Positions 37,586 to 47,883 are shown, numbered from the stretch's first letter. The stretch: DNA of 64,000 nucleotides from an uncultured Pseudomonadota bacterium (GCA_963748385.1 CAVVIQ010000013.1:95908-159907); one strand, 5' to 3'. Translations and numbers: made by a program. Notes: generated by a model from the sequence alone, not told the origin.

Positions 37586-38392
37586 TTACGGGAAGAAGGC
37601 GGCGACGGCCGCGTCGAGCGCGTCGCGCATGTCGGGATCGTCGGTGAGCGGCCGCACCATGGCGATGCTGCAGGCGTCCGGCGCCGGCACGCCCTTGACG
37701 ATCAGCGCCCCGGCATAAATGAGCAGGCGGGTGGAAATGCCCTCGTCGAGCCCGTGGCCCTTGAGGTTTCGCGAGCGCAAAGCGATCTGCGCCAGTTTTT
37801 CCGCCTGCTTCGGTTCGATCCCGGTCTCATGGGCGACAATCTCGGCCTCGATTTCCGGCGTGGGATAAGTGAAGTCCAGCGCGCCGAAACGCTGCTTGGT
37901 CGAAGGCTTCAGGTCCTTCATCAGCGACTGGTAGCCGGGGTTGTAGGAGATCACCAGCTGGAAGTCGGGATGAGCCATGACCAGCTCGCCATTCTTGTCG
38001 AGCGGCAGGACGCGGCGGTGATCGGTGAGCGGGTGGATGACGACGGTGGTGTCCTGTCGGGCCTCCACCACTTCGTCGAGATAGCAGATCGCGCCCATGC
38101 GCGCGGCGGCGGTCAGTGGGCCGTCCTGCCAGCGCGTGCCGTCGCGATCGAGCAGAAAGCGCCCGACGAGGTCGGCGGCGGTCATGTCCTCGTTGCAGGC
38201 CACGGTGACCAGCGGCCGGCCCAGACGGTGCGCCATAAATTCGACGAAGCGGGATTTGCCGCAGCCGGTGGGGCCTTTGAGCATCATCGGCAGGCGCGCG
38301 TCATAGGCGGCCTGGAATTGTTCGATTTCGTGGCCGACGGCGCGGTAATAGGGCGCGGTCCTGACCCGGTATTGGCTGGAGATGTCGTCCAT
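37586..38392 (-). CDS. cbbQ: MoxR-family AAA+ Rubisco activase CbbQ
   Basis: [44 protein letters not shown]. Confidence 0.96.
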   Translation of the reverse strand: MDDISSQYRVRTAPYYRAVGHEIEQFQAAYDARLPMMLKGPTGCGKSRFVEFMAHRLGRPLVTVACNEDMTAADLVGRFLLDRDGTRWQDGPLTAAARMGAICYLDEVVEARQDTTVVIHPLTDHRRVLPLDKNGELVMAHPDFQLVISYNPGYQSLMKDLKPSTKQRFGALDFTYPTPEIEAEIVAHETGIEPKQAEKLAQIALRSRNLKGHGLDEGISTRLLIYAGALIVKGVPAPDACSIAMVRPLTDDPDMRDALDAAVAAFFP

Positions 38393-38463
38393 TGCATGAC
38401 TCCTCGGGAGGTTTCCTCGGCGTCTTTTTTTTGCGCGATTCTCGGCGGCGGCGCGCATTCCAT

Positions 38464-38501
38464 GGGCGCCTTCGGACGGGGAGGAAGGTCCGAAGGCGCC
38501 C
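38464..38501 (-). other. 14-bp perfect stem-loop between cbbS and cbbQ
   Basis: GGGCGCCTTCGGAC-N10-GTCCGAAGGCGCCC with no U-tract. Confidence 0.65.
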
Positions 38502-38569
38502 CTGGCCGTGGCCTCGGCGCGGGGCTCCGGCGTCCGCGCCGGGAGGACGGGGCGCGGACCGGGTCTCGG

Positions 38570-38923
38570 TTACGCCGCGGGGCGGAAGATCAGCATTGCG
38601 GTCCCCTGGGTCTGGCGGACATTGTCGTAGCCGATCAATTTCACCAGATGCTTGGGATTGGCTTTGCGGCAGGCCTCGGCCTCGGCGAGGATGCGGTCCA
38701 CGTCGGTTTCGCCGAACATCGGCAGCTTCCACATGTACCAGTAATCCATCATCGCATTTTCCGGCTCGCAATGTTCGACCGCCGGGTTCCAGCCGCGATC
38801 GACGATATATTGCACCTGCTTGCGCAATTCTTCGCTCGTCATCTGCGGCAGGTAGGAGAAGGTCTCGAACCTCTTGCTGGCTTCGTCGCCGATACGGGAC
38901 GGATAATCCTGAACGTTGCTCAT
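38570..38923 (-). CDS. cbbS: Rubisco small subunit (green-type Form IA)
   Basis: [37 protein letters not shown]. Confidence 0.97.
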   Translation of the reverse strand: MSNVQDYPSRIGDEASKRFETFSYLPQMTSEELRKQVQYIVDRGWNPAVEHCEPENAMMDYWYMWKLPMFGETDVDRILAEAEACRKANPKHLVKLIGYDNVRQTQGTAMLIFRPAA

Positions 38924-38954
38924 CTGTTGTTCTCCGAAATCTCTGGGATTGAAC

Positions 38955-39000
38955 GCCGAGGCTCAAATTGTGAGCCTTGGCCTCCGCGTCGATTGACGCG
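38955..39000 (-). other. Two stem-loops in the cbbL-cbbS spacer
   Basis: GCCGAGGCTCA-AATTG-TGAGCCTTGGC and CGCGTC-GATT-GACGCG. Confidence 0.5.
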
Positions 39001-39005
39001 ACGAA

Positions 39006-40424
39006 TTAGCGATGGGCGACGTCGAGCTTGTCCACCGTGTCGAACTCGAACTTGATCTCCTTCCACGTCTCCATGGCGATCTTCAGTTCGGGCGAGCTTT
39101 GCGCGGCCTTGGTGAGGATGTCGCGGCCCTCGCGCTCCAGGTGGCGGCCTTCGTTGCGGGCCTGGACGCAGGCTTCCAGCGCCACGCGGTTGGCCGCCGC
39201 GCCCGCGGCGTTGCCCCAGGGATGGCCGAGCGTGCCGCCGCCGAACTGGAGCACCGAGTCGTCGCCGAAGATCGAGACCAGCGCCGGCATGTGCCAGACA
39301 TGGATGCCGCCGGAGGCCACCGGGAACAGGCCGGGCATCTGGCCCCAGTCCTGATCGAAGAAGATGCCCTTGGCGCGGTCTTCCTTGGTGTAACGCTCGC
39401 GCATCATGCCGATCCAGCCCAGCGTCGCCTCGCGGTCGCCTTCCAGCTTGCCGACCACGGTGCCGGAGTGCAGGTGGTCGCCGCCGATCAGGCGCAGCAG
39501 CTTGGTCAGCACGCGGAAATTGATGCCATGGCGCGGGTTGCGGTCGATGACCGCATGCATGGCGCGGTGGACGTGCAGCATGACGCCATTGTCGCGGCAC
39601 CATTTGGAGAGGCTGGTGTGCGCGGCCCAACCGAGCGTAAGGTAGTCGCTCATCACGATCTTGGAGCCGATCTCCTTGGCGAATTCGGCGCGCTTGTACA
39701 CCTCCTCCATGGTTGGAGCGGTGCAGTTCATGTAGTGGCCCTTCTTCTCGCCGGTCTCGGCCTCCGACTTGTCGATCGCCTCCTGGCAAAACAGGAAGCG
39801 GTCGCGCCAGCGCATGAAGGGCTGCGAATTGACGTTCTCGTCGTCCTTGGTGAAGTCGAGGCCGCCGCGCAGGCACTCATAGACGGCGCGGCCATAGTTC
39901 TTGGCGGAGAGGCCGAGCTTGGGCTTGATGGTGCAGCCGAGCAGCGGACGGCCGTATTTGTTGAGCTTGTCGCGCTCGACATAGATGCCGTGGGGCGGTC
40001 CGGGGTTGGTCATCACGAACCACAGCGGGAAGCGGACATCCTCCAGGCGCAGGCTGCGCACGGCCTTGAAGCCGAATACATTGCCGACCAGCGAGGTGAA
40101 GACGTTGACCACCGAGCCTTCCTCGAACAGGCCCATCGGATAGGCGATGAAGGCGTAGAAGGCTTCGTCGTCGCCGGGCACGTCCTCGATGGCGTAGGCG
40201 CGGCCCTTGTAATAGTCGAGATCGGTGAGAAGGTCGGTCCACACCGTGGTCCAGGTGCCGGTGGAGCTTTCGGCGGCCACCGCGGCGGCGGCCTCCTCGC
40301 GCGGCACGCCCGGCTGCGGCACGATCTTGAACACCGCCAGCACGTCGCTTTCGCGCACCGAATAATTGGGCTCCCAGTATGTTTCCCGATATTCCTTCAC
40401 GCCTGCTTTGTAGGTCTTGGCCAT
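39006..40424 (-). CDS. cbbL: Rubisco large subunit, Form IAq
   Basis: [18 protein letters not shown], catalytic [17 protein letters not shown], loop 6 VVGKLEG, SGG, FGGG; C-terminal [15 protein letters not shown]. Confidence 0.98.
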   Translation of the reverse strand: MAKTYKAGVKEYRETYWEPNYSVRESDVLAVFKIVPQPGVPREEAAAAVAAESSTGTWTTVWTDLLTDLDYYKGRAYAIEDVPGDDEAFYAFIAYPMGLFEEGSVVNVFTSLVGNVFGFKAVRSLRLEDVRFPLWFVMTNPGPPHGIYVERDKLNKYGRPLLGCTIKPKLGLSAKNYGRAVYECLRGGLDFTKDDENVNSQPFMRWRDRFLFCQEAIDKSEAETGEKKGHYMNCTAPTMEEVYKRAEFAKEIGSKIVMSDYLTLGWAAHTSLSKWCRDNGVMLHVHRAMHAVIDRNPRHGINFRVLTKLLRLIGGDHLHSGTVVGKLEGDREATLGWIGMMRERYTKEDRAKGIFFDQDWGQMPGLFPVASGGIHVWHMPALVSIFGDDSVLQFGGGTLGHPWGNAAGAAANRVALEACVQARNEGRHLEREGRDILTKAAQSSPELKIAMETWKEIKFEFDTVDKLDVAHR

Positions 40425-40512
40425 TGGGCTTTCCTCCTGTGCGACCGGCTCGCCGCCGGACCGTCGCGCAGCTTTTTGCCCTTGATTTCGATTTGACTGA
40501 AGTTCATTGTTT

Positions 40513-40540
40513 TAAGCATCATGTTATAGGAAAATATAAC
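40513..40540. promoter_or_regulatory. Putative CbbR (LysR-type) binding region
   Basis: AT-rich TAA-N8-TTA and dyad GTTATA-N6-TATAAC in the divergent cbbL/cbbR spacer. Confidence 0.5.
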
Positions 40541-40541
40541 G

Positions 40542-41435
40542 ATGCTGCGCCGGGTCACCATGCATCAGCTGCGCCTGCTGGCGGCGCTCGGCCAGCACAT
40601 GAACATGACTCGCGCCGCCGAGGAGCTGCATATGACGCCCTCGGCTTTTTCCATCCAGATCAAGCAACTGGCGGAGGCGCTCGGCGCGCCCCTGCACGAG
40701 CAGGCGGGCAAGAAGCTGTTTCTGACCGAGGCCGGGCAGGCGGGGGCGCGGGCGGCGCGGGAAATCCTGGCGCGACTGGACATGCTCGGCCAGGAACTGG
40801 CGGAAATGCGCGGACTGGAGCGCGGCGAACTGCGCCTCGCCATGATCACCACCGCGCGTTATTTCGCCACCAGGCTGATCGGCGATTTCTGCCGCCTGCA
40901 TCCCAGGATCGAACTGATCATGGAAGTGGTCAACCGCGACCAGATGCTGGAGCGAATGGCCCAGAATCGCGACGATCTCTACATCATGGGCCGCATCCCC
41001 CAGGACATGGAGGTCGAGGCCTTTCCCATCGCCGAAAACCCGCTGGTGGTGGTGGCGGCGCCTGATCATCCGCTCTGCAGCGCCCGCGATATTTGCGCGG
41101 GAAGCCTGGAAAACCAGCCTTTTCTCCTGCGCGAGCCGGGCTCGGGCACCCGCCAGGCGGCGGAGCGCTTTTTCGCCGGCCACAAGATCCGCCCGCCGGC
41201 GCGCATGACGCTCGGCAGCGACGAAACCATCAAACAGGCGGCCGCCGCCGGCCTCGGCCTCGCGATCCTCTCCCGCCACGTCCTGACCCTCGAACTCGCC
41301 GGCGGACTGCTGCGCGAACTCGACGTGGAGGGTTTTCCCATCGTCGGCCACTGGTACGCCGCCCATCTGAAAGCCAAGAGACTGCCCCCGGCGGCGACGG
41401 CTTTCCTGCAAATGCTGAAAGGCGCGCAGGCCTGA
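40542..41435 (+). CDS. cbbR: LysR-type regulator CbbR
   Basis: TLHQLR..MTRAAEELHMTPSAFSIQIKQL HTH, FLLREPGSGTR; divergent from cbbL. Confidence 0.93.
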   Translation: MLRRVTMHQLRLLAALGQHMNMTRAAEELHMTPSAFSIQIKQLAEALGAPLHEQAGKKLFLTEAGQAGARAAREILARLDMLGQELAEMRGLERGELRLAMITTARYFATRLIGDFCRLHPRIELIMEVVNRDQMLERMAQNRDDLYIMGRIPQDMEVEAFPIAENPLVVVAAPDHPLCSARDICAGSLENQPFLLREPGSGTRQAAERFFAGHKIRPPARMTLGSDETIKQAAAAGLGLAILSRHVLTLELAGGLLRELDVEGFPIVGHWYAAHLKAKRLPPAATAFLQMLKGAQA

Positions 41436-41503
41436 CGCCAAAGGCTGCGGCGGCCTTCTGCGCATGGTAGACTTTTGGGGTTCAAGCTCTCCTGGAGGCG
41501 GTC

Positions 41504-42526
41504 ATGAGGCAGATATGGATCACCAAGGCCGGGGCGCCCGAGGTTCTCGCGATCCGGCATGCGCCCGATCCCGAGCCGGGACCGGGAGAAGCGCGCATCC
41601 GCGTCGAGGCCAGCGGGGTCAATTTCGCCGATATCCTCGGCCGGCTCGGTCTTTACCCCGATCTGCCGCCCCTGCCGGTCGTGCCCGGCTATGAGGTGAG
41701 CGGCCGGGTGGACGCCGTCGGCGAGGGAATCGGCGCCGATTGGGTGGGACGCGACGTGATCGCGCTGACCCGTTTCGGCGGCTATTCCGACGTGGTCTGC
41801 GTTCCTTGCAAACAGGTTTTCGTCCGTCCGGAGGGGATGTCGGCGCAGGAGGGCGCGGCGATCCCCGTCAATTATCTCACCGCCTGGCAGCTCATGGTCA
41901 TCATGGGCGCCCTGAAGGCCGGGGAAACAATCCTCGTCCATTCCGTCGGCGGCGGCGTCGGCATGGCCGCAACGCAGATTGCGAAACATATTGGCGCGCG
42001 GGTGATCGGCACGGCCTCGGCGGCCAAGCACGAGCAATTGCGCGCCCTCGGCGTCGACGAACTGATCGATTACCGGACCGAGGATTTCGAGAAACGGGCG
42101 CGCGAAATGACCGGCGGGCGCGGCGTCGACCTCATTCTCGACGCGGTCGGCGGCGAATCCTTCAAGAAGGGCTATCGACTGCTGGCGCCGGGGGGACGGC
42201 TCGGCATGTTCGGCGTTTCATCGGCCGCGACCGGGAAAGTGCGAAGCCTCGCCAGCGTGGTGAAACTTCTGGTTTCGACGCCCTGGCTGCAATTCAACCC
42301 CGTCGCGCTGATCAACGACAACAAGGGCGTGTTCGGCGTCAATCTCGGCCATATGTGGGGCGAGATCGACAATAGCCGCAAATGGGCGGAACAATTGCTC
42401 GGCCTGTGGAGCGCCGGAGTGGTCAAGCCGAAAATCGCCCGCGTCTTCAAATTCGACGAGGTCGCGGAGGCCCATCATTTCCTTCAGGATCGCCGCAACG
42501 TCGGCAAGGCGCTGCTTGTCCCCTAG
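41504..42526 (+). CDS. Zinc-independent MDR-family NAD(P)H:quinone oxidoreductase-like protein (VAT-1-like)
   Basis: SGVNFAD, PGYEVSG, PVNYLTAW, HSVGGGVG, RRNVGKALL. Confidence 0.88.
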   Translation: MRQIWITKAGAPEVLAIRHAPDPEPGPGEARIRVEASGVNFADILGRLGLYPDLPPLPVVPGYEVSGRVDAVGEGIGADWVGRDVIALTRFGGYSDVVCVPCKQVFVRPEGMSAQEGAAIPVNYLTAWQLMVIMGALKAGETILVHSVGGGVGMAATQIAKHIGARVIGTASAAKHEQLRALGVDELIDYRTEDFEKRAREMTGGRGVDLILDAVGGESFKKGYRLLAPGGRLGMFGVSSAATGKVRSLASVVKLLVSTPWLQFNPVALINDNKGVFGVNLGHMWGEIDNSRKWAEQLLGLWSAGVVKPKIARVFKFDEVAEAHHFLQDRRNVGKALLVP

Positions 42527-42557
42527 AGCAGCGTGCGAAAAACCAGGGGCGCTTCCG

Positions 42558-43154
42558 TCACACCTTCAGCGCCAGCGCAAAGACCTCGGGGCCGGGCCAG
42601 CCGGAGAGCAGGCGGTTGTTGATGATGAAGGAGGGCGTGCTGGAGACCCCGATGCGGTCGAGGAAATCCATCTGGGCGATGATCCGGTCGCGGACCTCCC
42701 GGCTGTTGGCCGTATCGGCGAGTTTCTTGACGTCGAGGCCCATGGCCTGGGCCGCGTTGAGGGCGATATCGCCGTCGATCCGGCCTTTTGTCGCATAAAG
42801 CGCGCGGTGGAAGGCGAAAGCTTTTTCCGGACCGTAAAGAATCAGCGCCGCCTGCCGCAGTTTCGCGGCCTGAACCGAGCCGACCGAGAGCATCGGGCTG
42901 TCGATCAGCCCGAGGCGCAGCTTTTTTTTCGCCACCATGACGTCGAGGCTGTGAAAGGCCTTTCGGCAATAGGGGCAATTGTAGTCGAAAATTTCGATCG
43001 CCGAGGGGCCGGAGCCGAACCACGACAGGCCGGGCACGGCGTTCGGATCGACGCCGGAGGGCAGGGGGACGAGGGGCAGTTCGTCGGCCTCGAGCGCGAA
43101 GGCGGAGGCCGCCGGGAGAAGCGCGAGGCTCGCAAGAAAAAGGCGGCGATCCAA
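42558..43154 (-). CDS. DsbA-like thioredoxin-fold protein with a Tat signal
   Basis: TTG start giving MDRRLFLASLALL..ASA, FDYNCPYC, cis-Pro region GVSSTPSFIIN. Confidence 0.8.
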   Translation of the reverse strand: MDRRLFLASLALLPAASAFALEADELPLVPLPSGVDPNAVPGLSWFGSGPSAIEIFDYNCPYCRKAFHSLDVMVAKKKLRLGLIDSPMLSVGSVQAAKLRQAALILYGPEKAFAFHRALYATKGRIDGDIALNAAQAMGLDVKKLADTANSREVRDRIIAQMDFLDRIGVSSTPSFIINNRLLSGWPGPEVFALALKV

Positions 43155-43254
43155 AAAAGGCTCCTCAGGGTTGGAGCGCCAGCATAGGGCGCCGGCCATC
43201 GGGGACAAAGCTCCAGGCGCGCAAATTCCACAAAACTGCTGTAAAAGGCTGGCG

Positions 43255-44064
43255 ATGAGCGAATCTCAGCCTTCCGCCGCGCCTCTGCGCTTCACCGCCC
43301 GCGCCCTGATGCTCGGCGATCGCATCGATCTGAGCGGACTGGAGCGCGCCGACGCCATTTCGACCTCGCCGCTCGCCTTTCACGTCGGGCAAAGCGGCAT
43401 AGTGGCGCTCTATCGCTATGGCGTCGCCGTCCTCGTCGGCCTGACCCCGCTCGAAGAAGAGGACGTGCTGGCGCGGCTCAAGGATCGGGTGGTTGGCGCG
43501 CCCTTGCGCAGGGAGGACGAAGCCGTCACGCTTCTGGTCGGCGAGGCGGAGGATCGAGTCACGCTCAATGGCGCGGTCGCGCTCAAGGATCTGTCCGACG
43601 AGCGTTTTCTGGTCTTCGCCGACGCCATCGCCAAATCCGTGGCGCTGGCGCGCGACGAGCGCGAGGTCAATATGGTCTTCGACACGGTCGAGCCTCTGGC
43701 CAACGTGCTCGGGCGCGTCGGGCGCCCGATGCGCAACCGCCGCGAAATGCTGCGCCTGATCGGCCAGGCGCTCGGCGTGCAGCACCGCGTCTCGGGCCGC
43801 GTCGCGGTCGAAGACAAGCCCGACGTTCTGTGGGACCGCCCCGACCTGGAGCGGCTCTACGCCCGTCTGGAGGACGAATATGAGCTGAAAGAGCGCGGCC
43901 AGACTCTTCAGCGCAAGCTGGATGTCATCGTCGAAACCGTCCGGGCGCTGACCGACATCATCGACGCCGACCGCTCGTCCTTCATGGAAATGGCGATCGT
44001 CCTGCTCATTCTCGCGGAAATCGCCCTATCCCTGTTCGAAATTATTTTTACGCGCGGGCGTTGA
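43255..44064 (+). CDS. RMD1/DUF155-family protein
   Basis: ALYRYGVAVLVG, KSVALARDE, LWDRPDLERLYARLEDEYEL.ER, C-terminal MEMAIVLLI helix. Confidence 0.85.
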   Translation: MSESQPSAAPLRFTARALMLGDRIDLSGLERADAISTSPLAFHVGQSGIVALYRYGVAVLVGLTPLEEEDVLARLKDRVVGAPLRREDEAVTLLVGEAEDRVTLNGAVALKDLSDERFLVFADAIAKSVALARDEREVNMVFDTVEPLANVLGRVGRPMRNRREMLRLIGQALGVQHRVSGRVAVEDKPDVLWDRPDLERLYARLEDEYELKERGQTLQRKLDVIVETVRALTDIIDADRSSFMEMAIVLLILAEIALSLFEIIFTRGR

Positions 44065-44328
44065 GGGCGGTGGCGAAAAGGGCGTGACATTTTTGCCATG
44101 GCGCCGCCCGCGCCGCGCCCGCACGGGGGCGCCGGCATTGACAGGGCGGCCATTTCTTTCCACACAGGAGCCTTGTCGCGCGGCCGCTCAGATGGGCCGG
44201 CCGGCGTTTCGGGCGCGTCTCCTCCGGCGGGAAACGCAAAAAAGCCGCATCGCAAGCCGCCGAGAGACCGGACCTTGTTTTCCGCTCTGAAGGAAAAGCT
44301 AGCCAAGAGGTTGTTCAACAAGGGGCAA

Positions 44329-46089
44329 ATGCATCTGATCGCACGTCTGCTGCGCGATCAGGGGGGCAAGCATGCCTGGGGCTATGTGCTGGCTTTCGTG
44401 ATGATGGGGATCACCGCGACGGCCACCACCCTCTCCGCCTATATGATGAAATTCATCGTCAATCGTATTTTCCTCGATCGCGACATCGTGGCGATGTGGG
44501 AGATCGGCGGCGCGATCACCGCGATCTATATCGCCAAGGGCTTCGCCACCTACGGCCAGCAGGTGACCCTGTCGCGGATTTCCAACAACATCATCGCGGA
44601 CAGCCAGACCAAGATCTTCGACAAGATGCTGGCGATGGACGTCAGCTTCTACAACGCCCGCCATTCCGCCGAATTCCTGGCCCGCCAGGCCTTCATTTCG
44701 CAGTCGGCCGGCAATGCGCTCAACATTCTGGTCACCGCGTTCGGCCGCGACGCGCTGACCACGCTCGGCCTGACCTTCGCCATGTTCCAGCAGGATGCGG
44801 CGCTGGCTTCGGTCTCCCTCCTGATCATGCCCGTGGCGATCGTGGGCGTGCGCAAGCTCGGCAATCGCGCCCGCCGGGTGATCATGACCGAATTCCAGGG
44901 CTTCGCGGCCATTCTCGCCTCCCTGCAGGAGACGGCCCAGGGCATTCGCGTGGTGAAATCCTTCACCCTGGAGCCCTTCATGCGCGAGCGGCAGGTGCGC
45001 GGGATCCAGGCCTTCGAATCGGCGGCCAACAAGCTCGTGCGGGTGCAGTCGCGCTCGAGCCCGCTGATGGAGACGCTGGCGGGGATCGCGGTGGCGCTGG
45101 TCGTCGTTTATGGCGGCTACCGGGTGATCTATCACGGCGAGAGGCCCGGCAATTTCTTCGCCTTCCTCACCGCGCTGCTTCTGGCGACCGAGCCGGCCAA
45201 GCGCGTCGCCCGCCTCCATGTCGACATCAACACCTCGCTGATCGGCGTCGACATGCTTTACCAGTTCCTCGACGAGAAGACGCCGGAAGCCGAGCCGGCG
45301 GATATTCCGGAGCTCAAGATTTCGGCGGGGCGGGTCGAGTTCGACAATGTCGAATTTTCCTATCGCCCCGGGGAATTGGTGCTCAACAAGCTGAACCTCG
45401 TGGCCGAGCCGGGCGAGACCACGGCTCTCGTCGGGCGATCCGGCGGCGGCAAGACCACCGCCATGAGCATGATCCTGCGCTTTTACGAACCGACCGCGGG
45501 AAAAATCTTCATCGACGGCCAGGATATTTCCGCCTTTTCCCGGCGTTCGCTGCGCAGCCAGATCGCCTATGTCGGCCAGGACACGTTCCTTTTCAGGGGG
45601 TCGATCCGCGACAACATCCGCTTCGGCAGGCCCGGCGCCAGCGAAGAGGAGATCGAGGCGGCGGCCAGGGCCGCCTTCGCCCACGATTTCATCATGTCCT
45701 TCGACAAGGGTTACGATTCGCCGGTGGGCGAACAGGGCGTGCAACTTTCCGGCGGCCAGCGCCAGCGCCTTTCCATCGCCCGGGCCTTCCTCAAGGACGC
45801 GCCGCTGATCCTGCTCGACGAGGCGACCTCGGCGCTGGACACGGAATCGGAGCGCGCGGTCCAGGAGGCGCTGAAAACGCTTTGCGCCGGGCGCACCACC
45901 ATCGTCATCGCCCATCGCCTCAGCACGGTCGCCAGCGCGGAGCGCATATGCGTCATCGAGGGCGGCCGGGTGATCGAATCCGGCCGTCAGGACGAGTTGC
46001 TGGCGCGCGACGGGGTTTACGGCCTCCTGTACAAGACCCAGTTCGAGCGCGGCCTGGCGCTGGCGACGCCCGGCGCTGCGGCGGAATAG
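44329..46089 (+). CDS. MsbA-like ABC exporter (fused TMD-NBD)
   Basis: Six TM segments, Walker A GRSGGGKT, LSGGQRQR, LLDEATSALD. An alternative TTG start lies at 44275. Confidence 0.9.
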   Translation: MHLIARLLRDQGGKHAWGYVLAFVMMGITATATTLSAYMMKFIVNRIFLDRDIVAMWEIGGAITAIYIAKGFATYGQQVTLSRISNNIIADSQTKIFDKMLAMDVSFYNARHSAEFLARQAFISQSAGNALNILVTAFGRDALTTLGLTFAMFQQDAALASVSLLIMPVAIVGVRKLGNRARRVIMTEFQGFAAILASLQETAQGIRVVKSFTLEPFMRERQVRGIQAFESAANKLVRVQSRSSPLMETLAGIAVALVVVYGGYRVIYHGERPGNFFAFLTALLLATEPAKRVARLHVDINTSLIGVDMLYQFLDEKTPEAEPADIPELKISAGRVEFDNVEFSYRPGELVLNKLNLVAEPGETTALVGRSGGGKTTAMSMILRFYEPTAGKIFIDGQDISAFSRRSLRSQIAYVGQDTFLFRGSIRDNIRFGRPGASEEEIEAAARAAFAHDFIMSFDKGYDSPVGEQGVQLSGGQRQRLSIARAFLKDAPLILLDEATSALDTESERAVQEALKTLCAGRTTIVIAHRLSTVASAERICVIEGGRVIESGRQDELLARDGVYGLLYKTQFERGLALATPGAAAE

Positions 46090-46315
46090 CCTTTATCGCA
46101 ATGAATTAAACATAATTTCGCCCGCGCTGGGTGAACATCGGCGGCGCATGTGCGAAAGTTTGTGTAATCGCCTGAAAAGACGCCATAATCGTGAGAAAAG
46201 GAGCATTCGCCGCCGCCGGCTGCGCGGCGCGGATGGCGAAGAAGGGCGTTTTGCGCGATGTTGGGCGCGTCGCGCCGAGCGATTCCCGTCGGCGTCTTCC
46301 AATCGAGTTCGCTCC

Positions 46316-46768
46316 ATGTCGAAAGCCGTCCCGTCCAGTCCCGTCCTGACCGTCGCCGAAATCGAAAAACTGCTCGAAGAGGTTTTTCCGCAGCTCCACC
46401 ACGGCGGCCGGACCGTCATGGTCGAGGAGGTCGGGCCGATGAACGCGCGATTGCGGCTGATCGCCCACGAGCGTCACCTGCGCCCCGGCGGCACGGTCTC
46501 CGGCCCCGCCATGTTCACTCTGGCCGACGTCGGGATCTGGGTCGCGATTTTCGCCCATCTCGGCCAGGGGGCGCTGGATGCGGTGACGATGAATCTCAAC
46601 ATCAATTTCCTGCGCAAGCCGCCTCATGGCGACGTTCTGGTCGAATGCCGCCTGCTGAAGCTCGGCCGGAGGCTCGCGGTGGGCGAGGCGACCTTGTTTT
46701 CGCAGGGCGCGGCGGAGCCGGTCGCCCATGCGGTGGGAACCTACGCCATCCCGGCGCCGAGGAAATAA
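46316..46768 (+). CDS. PaaI-family (hotdog) thioesterase
   Basis: HLRPGGTVSGPAMFTLAD, VTMNLNINFLRKP, LKLGRRLAVGE. Confidence 0.9.
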   Translation: MSKAVPSSPVLTVAEIEKLLEEVFPQLHHGGRTVMVEEVGPMNARLRLIAHERHLRPGGTVSGPAMFTLADVGIWVAIFAHLGQGALDAVTMNLNINFLRKPPHGDVLVECRLLKLGRRLAVGEATLFSQGAAEPVAHAVGTYAIPAPRK

Positions 46769-46830
46769 GGTAACATAATACCACTGCTGTGAATCGCCTG
46801 CTTTTGCGGGAAAAACGCAGGCGTTCTTGG

Positions 46831-46859
46831 TTGACAAGCCGCGACTCCGCCCGTACAAG
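46831..46859 (+). promoter_or_regulatory. Sigma70 promoter of rplM-rpsI
   Basis: TTGACA-N17-TACAAG. Confidence 0.65.
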
Positions 46860-46910
46860 CCCGCATCTTCCCGCCGGGCTTTTCCGCCCGGTCATTCCTG
46901 GAAAACAGAC

Positions 46911-47381
46911 ATGTACGGCAAGACCTATTCGGCCAAGGCGGCCGAAATCGAGAAGAAATGGGTTTTGATCGACGCCAAGGGGCTGGTCGTCGGCCGCCTC
47001 GCCTCGATCATCGCTCTGCGCCTGCGCGGCAAGCACAAGGCGACCTTCACCCCCCATATGGACGATGGCGACAACATCATCGTCATCAACGCGGACAAGG
47101 TGGTCCTGACCGGCCGCAAGCGCGACCAGAAGGTCTATCACCACCACACCGGTTTTCCGGGCGGCATCAAGGAACGTTCGGCCAAGTTCATTCTGGAAGG
47201 CCGCTTTCCCGAGCGCATCGTCGAAAAGGCGGTCCAGCGCATGCTGCCGCGCGGACCGCTCGGCTCGAAGCAGCTCGGCAATCTGCGCGTCTACAAGGGC
47301 GCCGAACATCCCCACGCGGCCCAGAACCCCGTCGTTCTCGACGTCGCCGCCCTGAACTCCAAGAATTCGCGGAAAGACTGA
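46911..47381 (+). CDS. rplM: 50S ribosomal protein L13
   Basis: [34 protein letters not shown]. Confidence 0.98.
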   Translation: MYGKTYSAKAAEIEKKWVLIDAKGLVVGRLASIIALRLRGKHKATFTPHMDDGDNIIVINADKVVLTGRKRDQKVYHHHTGFPGGIKERSAKFILEGRFPERIVEKAVQRMLPRGPLGSKQLGNLRVYKGAEHPHAAQNPVVLDVAALNSKNSRKD

Positions 47382-47383
47382 CC

Positions 47384-47863
47384 ATGGCCGAGACCCTTTC
47401 CTCCCTCCAGGACCTCAAGGGCGCAAACGCCCAGCCTGCGCCCGAAGCTCCCGTCCATGTCCAGAAGCTCGACAAGTTCGGCCGCGCCTACGCCACCGGC
47501 AAGCGCAAGAACGCGGTCGCCCGCGTCTGGATCAAGCCCGGCGCCGGCAAGGTCACCGTGAACGGCCGCGAACTCGCGGTCTATTTCGCCCGGCCCGTGC
47601 TCCAGATGATCGTCCGGCAGCCGCTCGGCGTCGCCCAGCGCGACGGCCAGTACGACATCAATGTCACGGTCGCCGGCGGCGGCCTGTCGGGTCAGGCCGG
47701 CGCGGTGCGCCACGGCCTCTCCAAGGCCCTGACCTATTACGAGCCCGGCCTGCGTCCGGCGCTGAAGAAGGAAGGCTTCCTCACCCGCGACTCGCGCGTG
47801 GTGGAGCGCAAGAAATACGGCAAGCGCAAGGCCCGCCGCAGCTTCCAGTTCTCGAAGCGCTGA
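47384..47863 (+). CDS. rpsI: 30S ribosomal protein S9
   Basis: [35 protein letters not shown]. Confidence 0.98.
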   Translation: MAETLSSLQDLKGANAQPAPEAPVHVQKLDKFGRAYATGKRKNAVARVWIKPGAGKVTVNGRELAVYFARPVLQMIVRQPLGVAQRDGQYDINVTVAGGGLSGQAGAVRHGLSKALTYYEPGLRPALKKEGFLTRDSRVVERKKYGKRKARRSFQFSKR

Positions 47864-47883
47864 TCTTTAGGATCTTTTCGCGG

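Noticed and set aside
39006-40424. Rubisco-like protein (Form IV) or Form II interpretation
   Set aside because: The catalytic residues are complete, and the adjacent cbbS, cbbQ/O and cbbR indicate a bona fide Form I enzyme.
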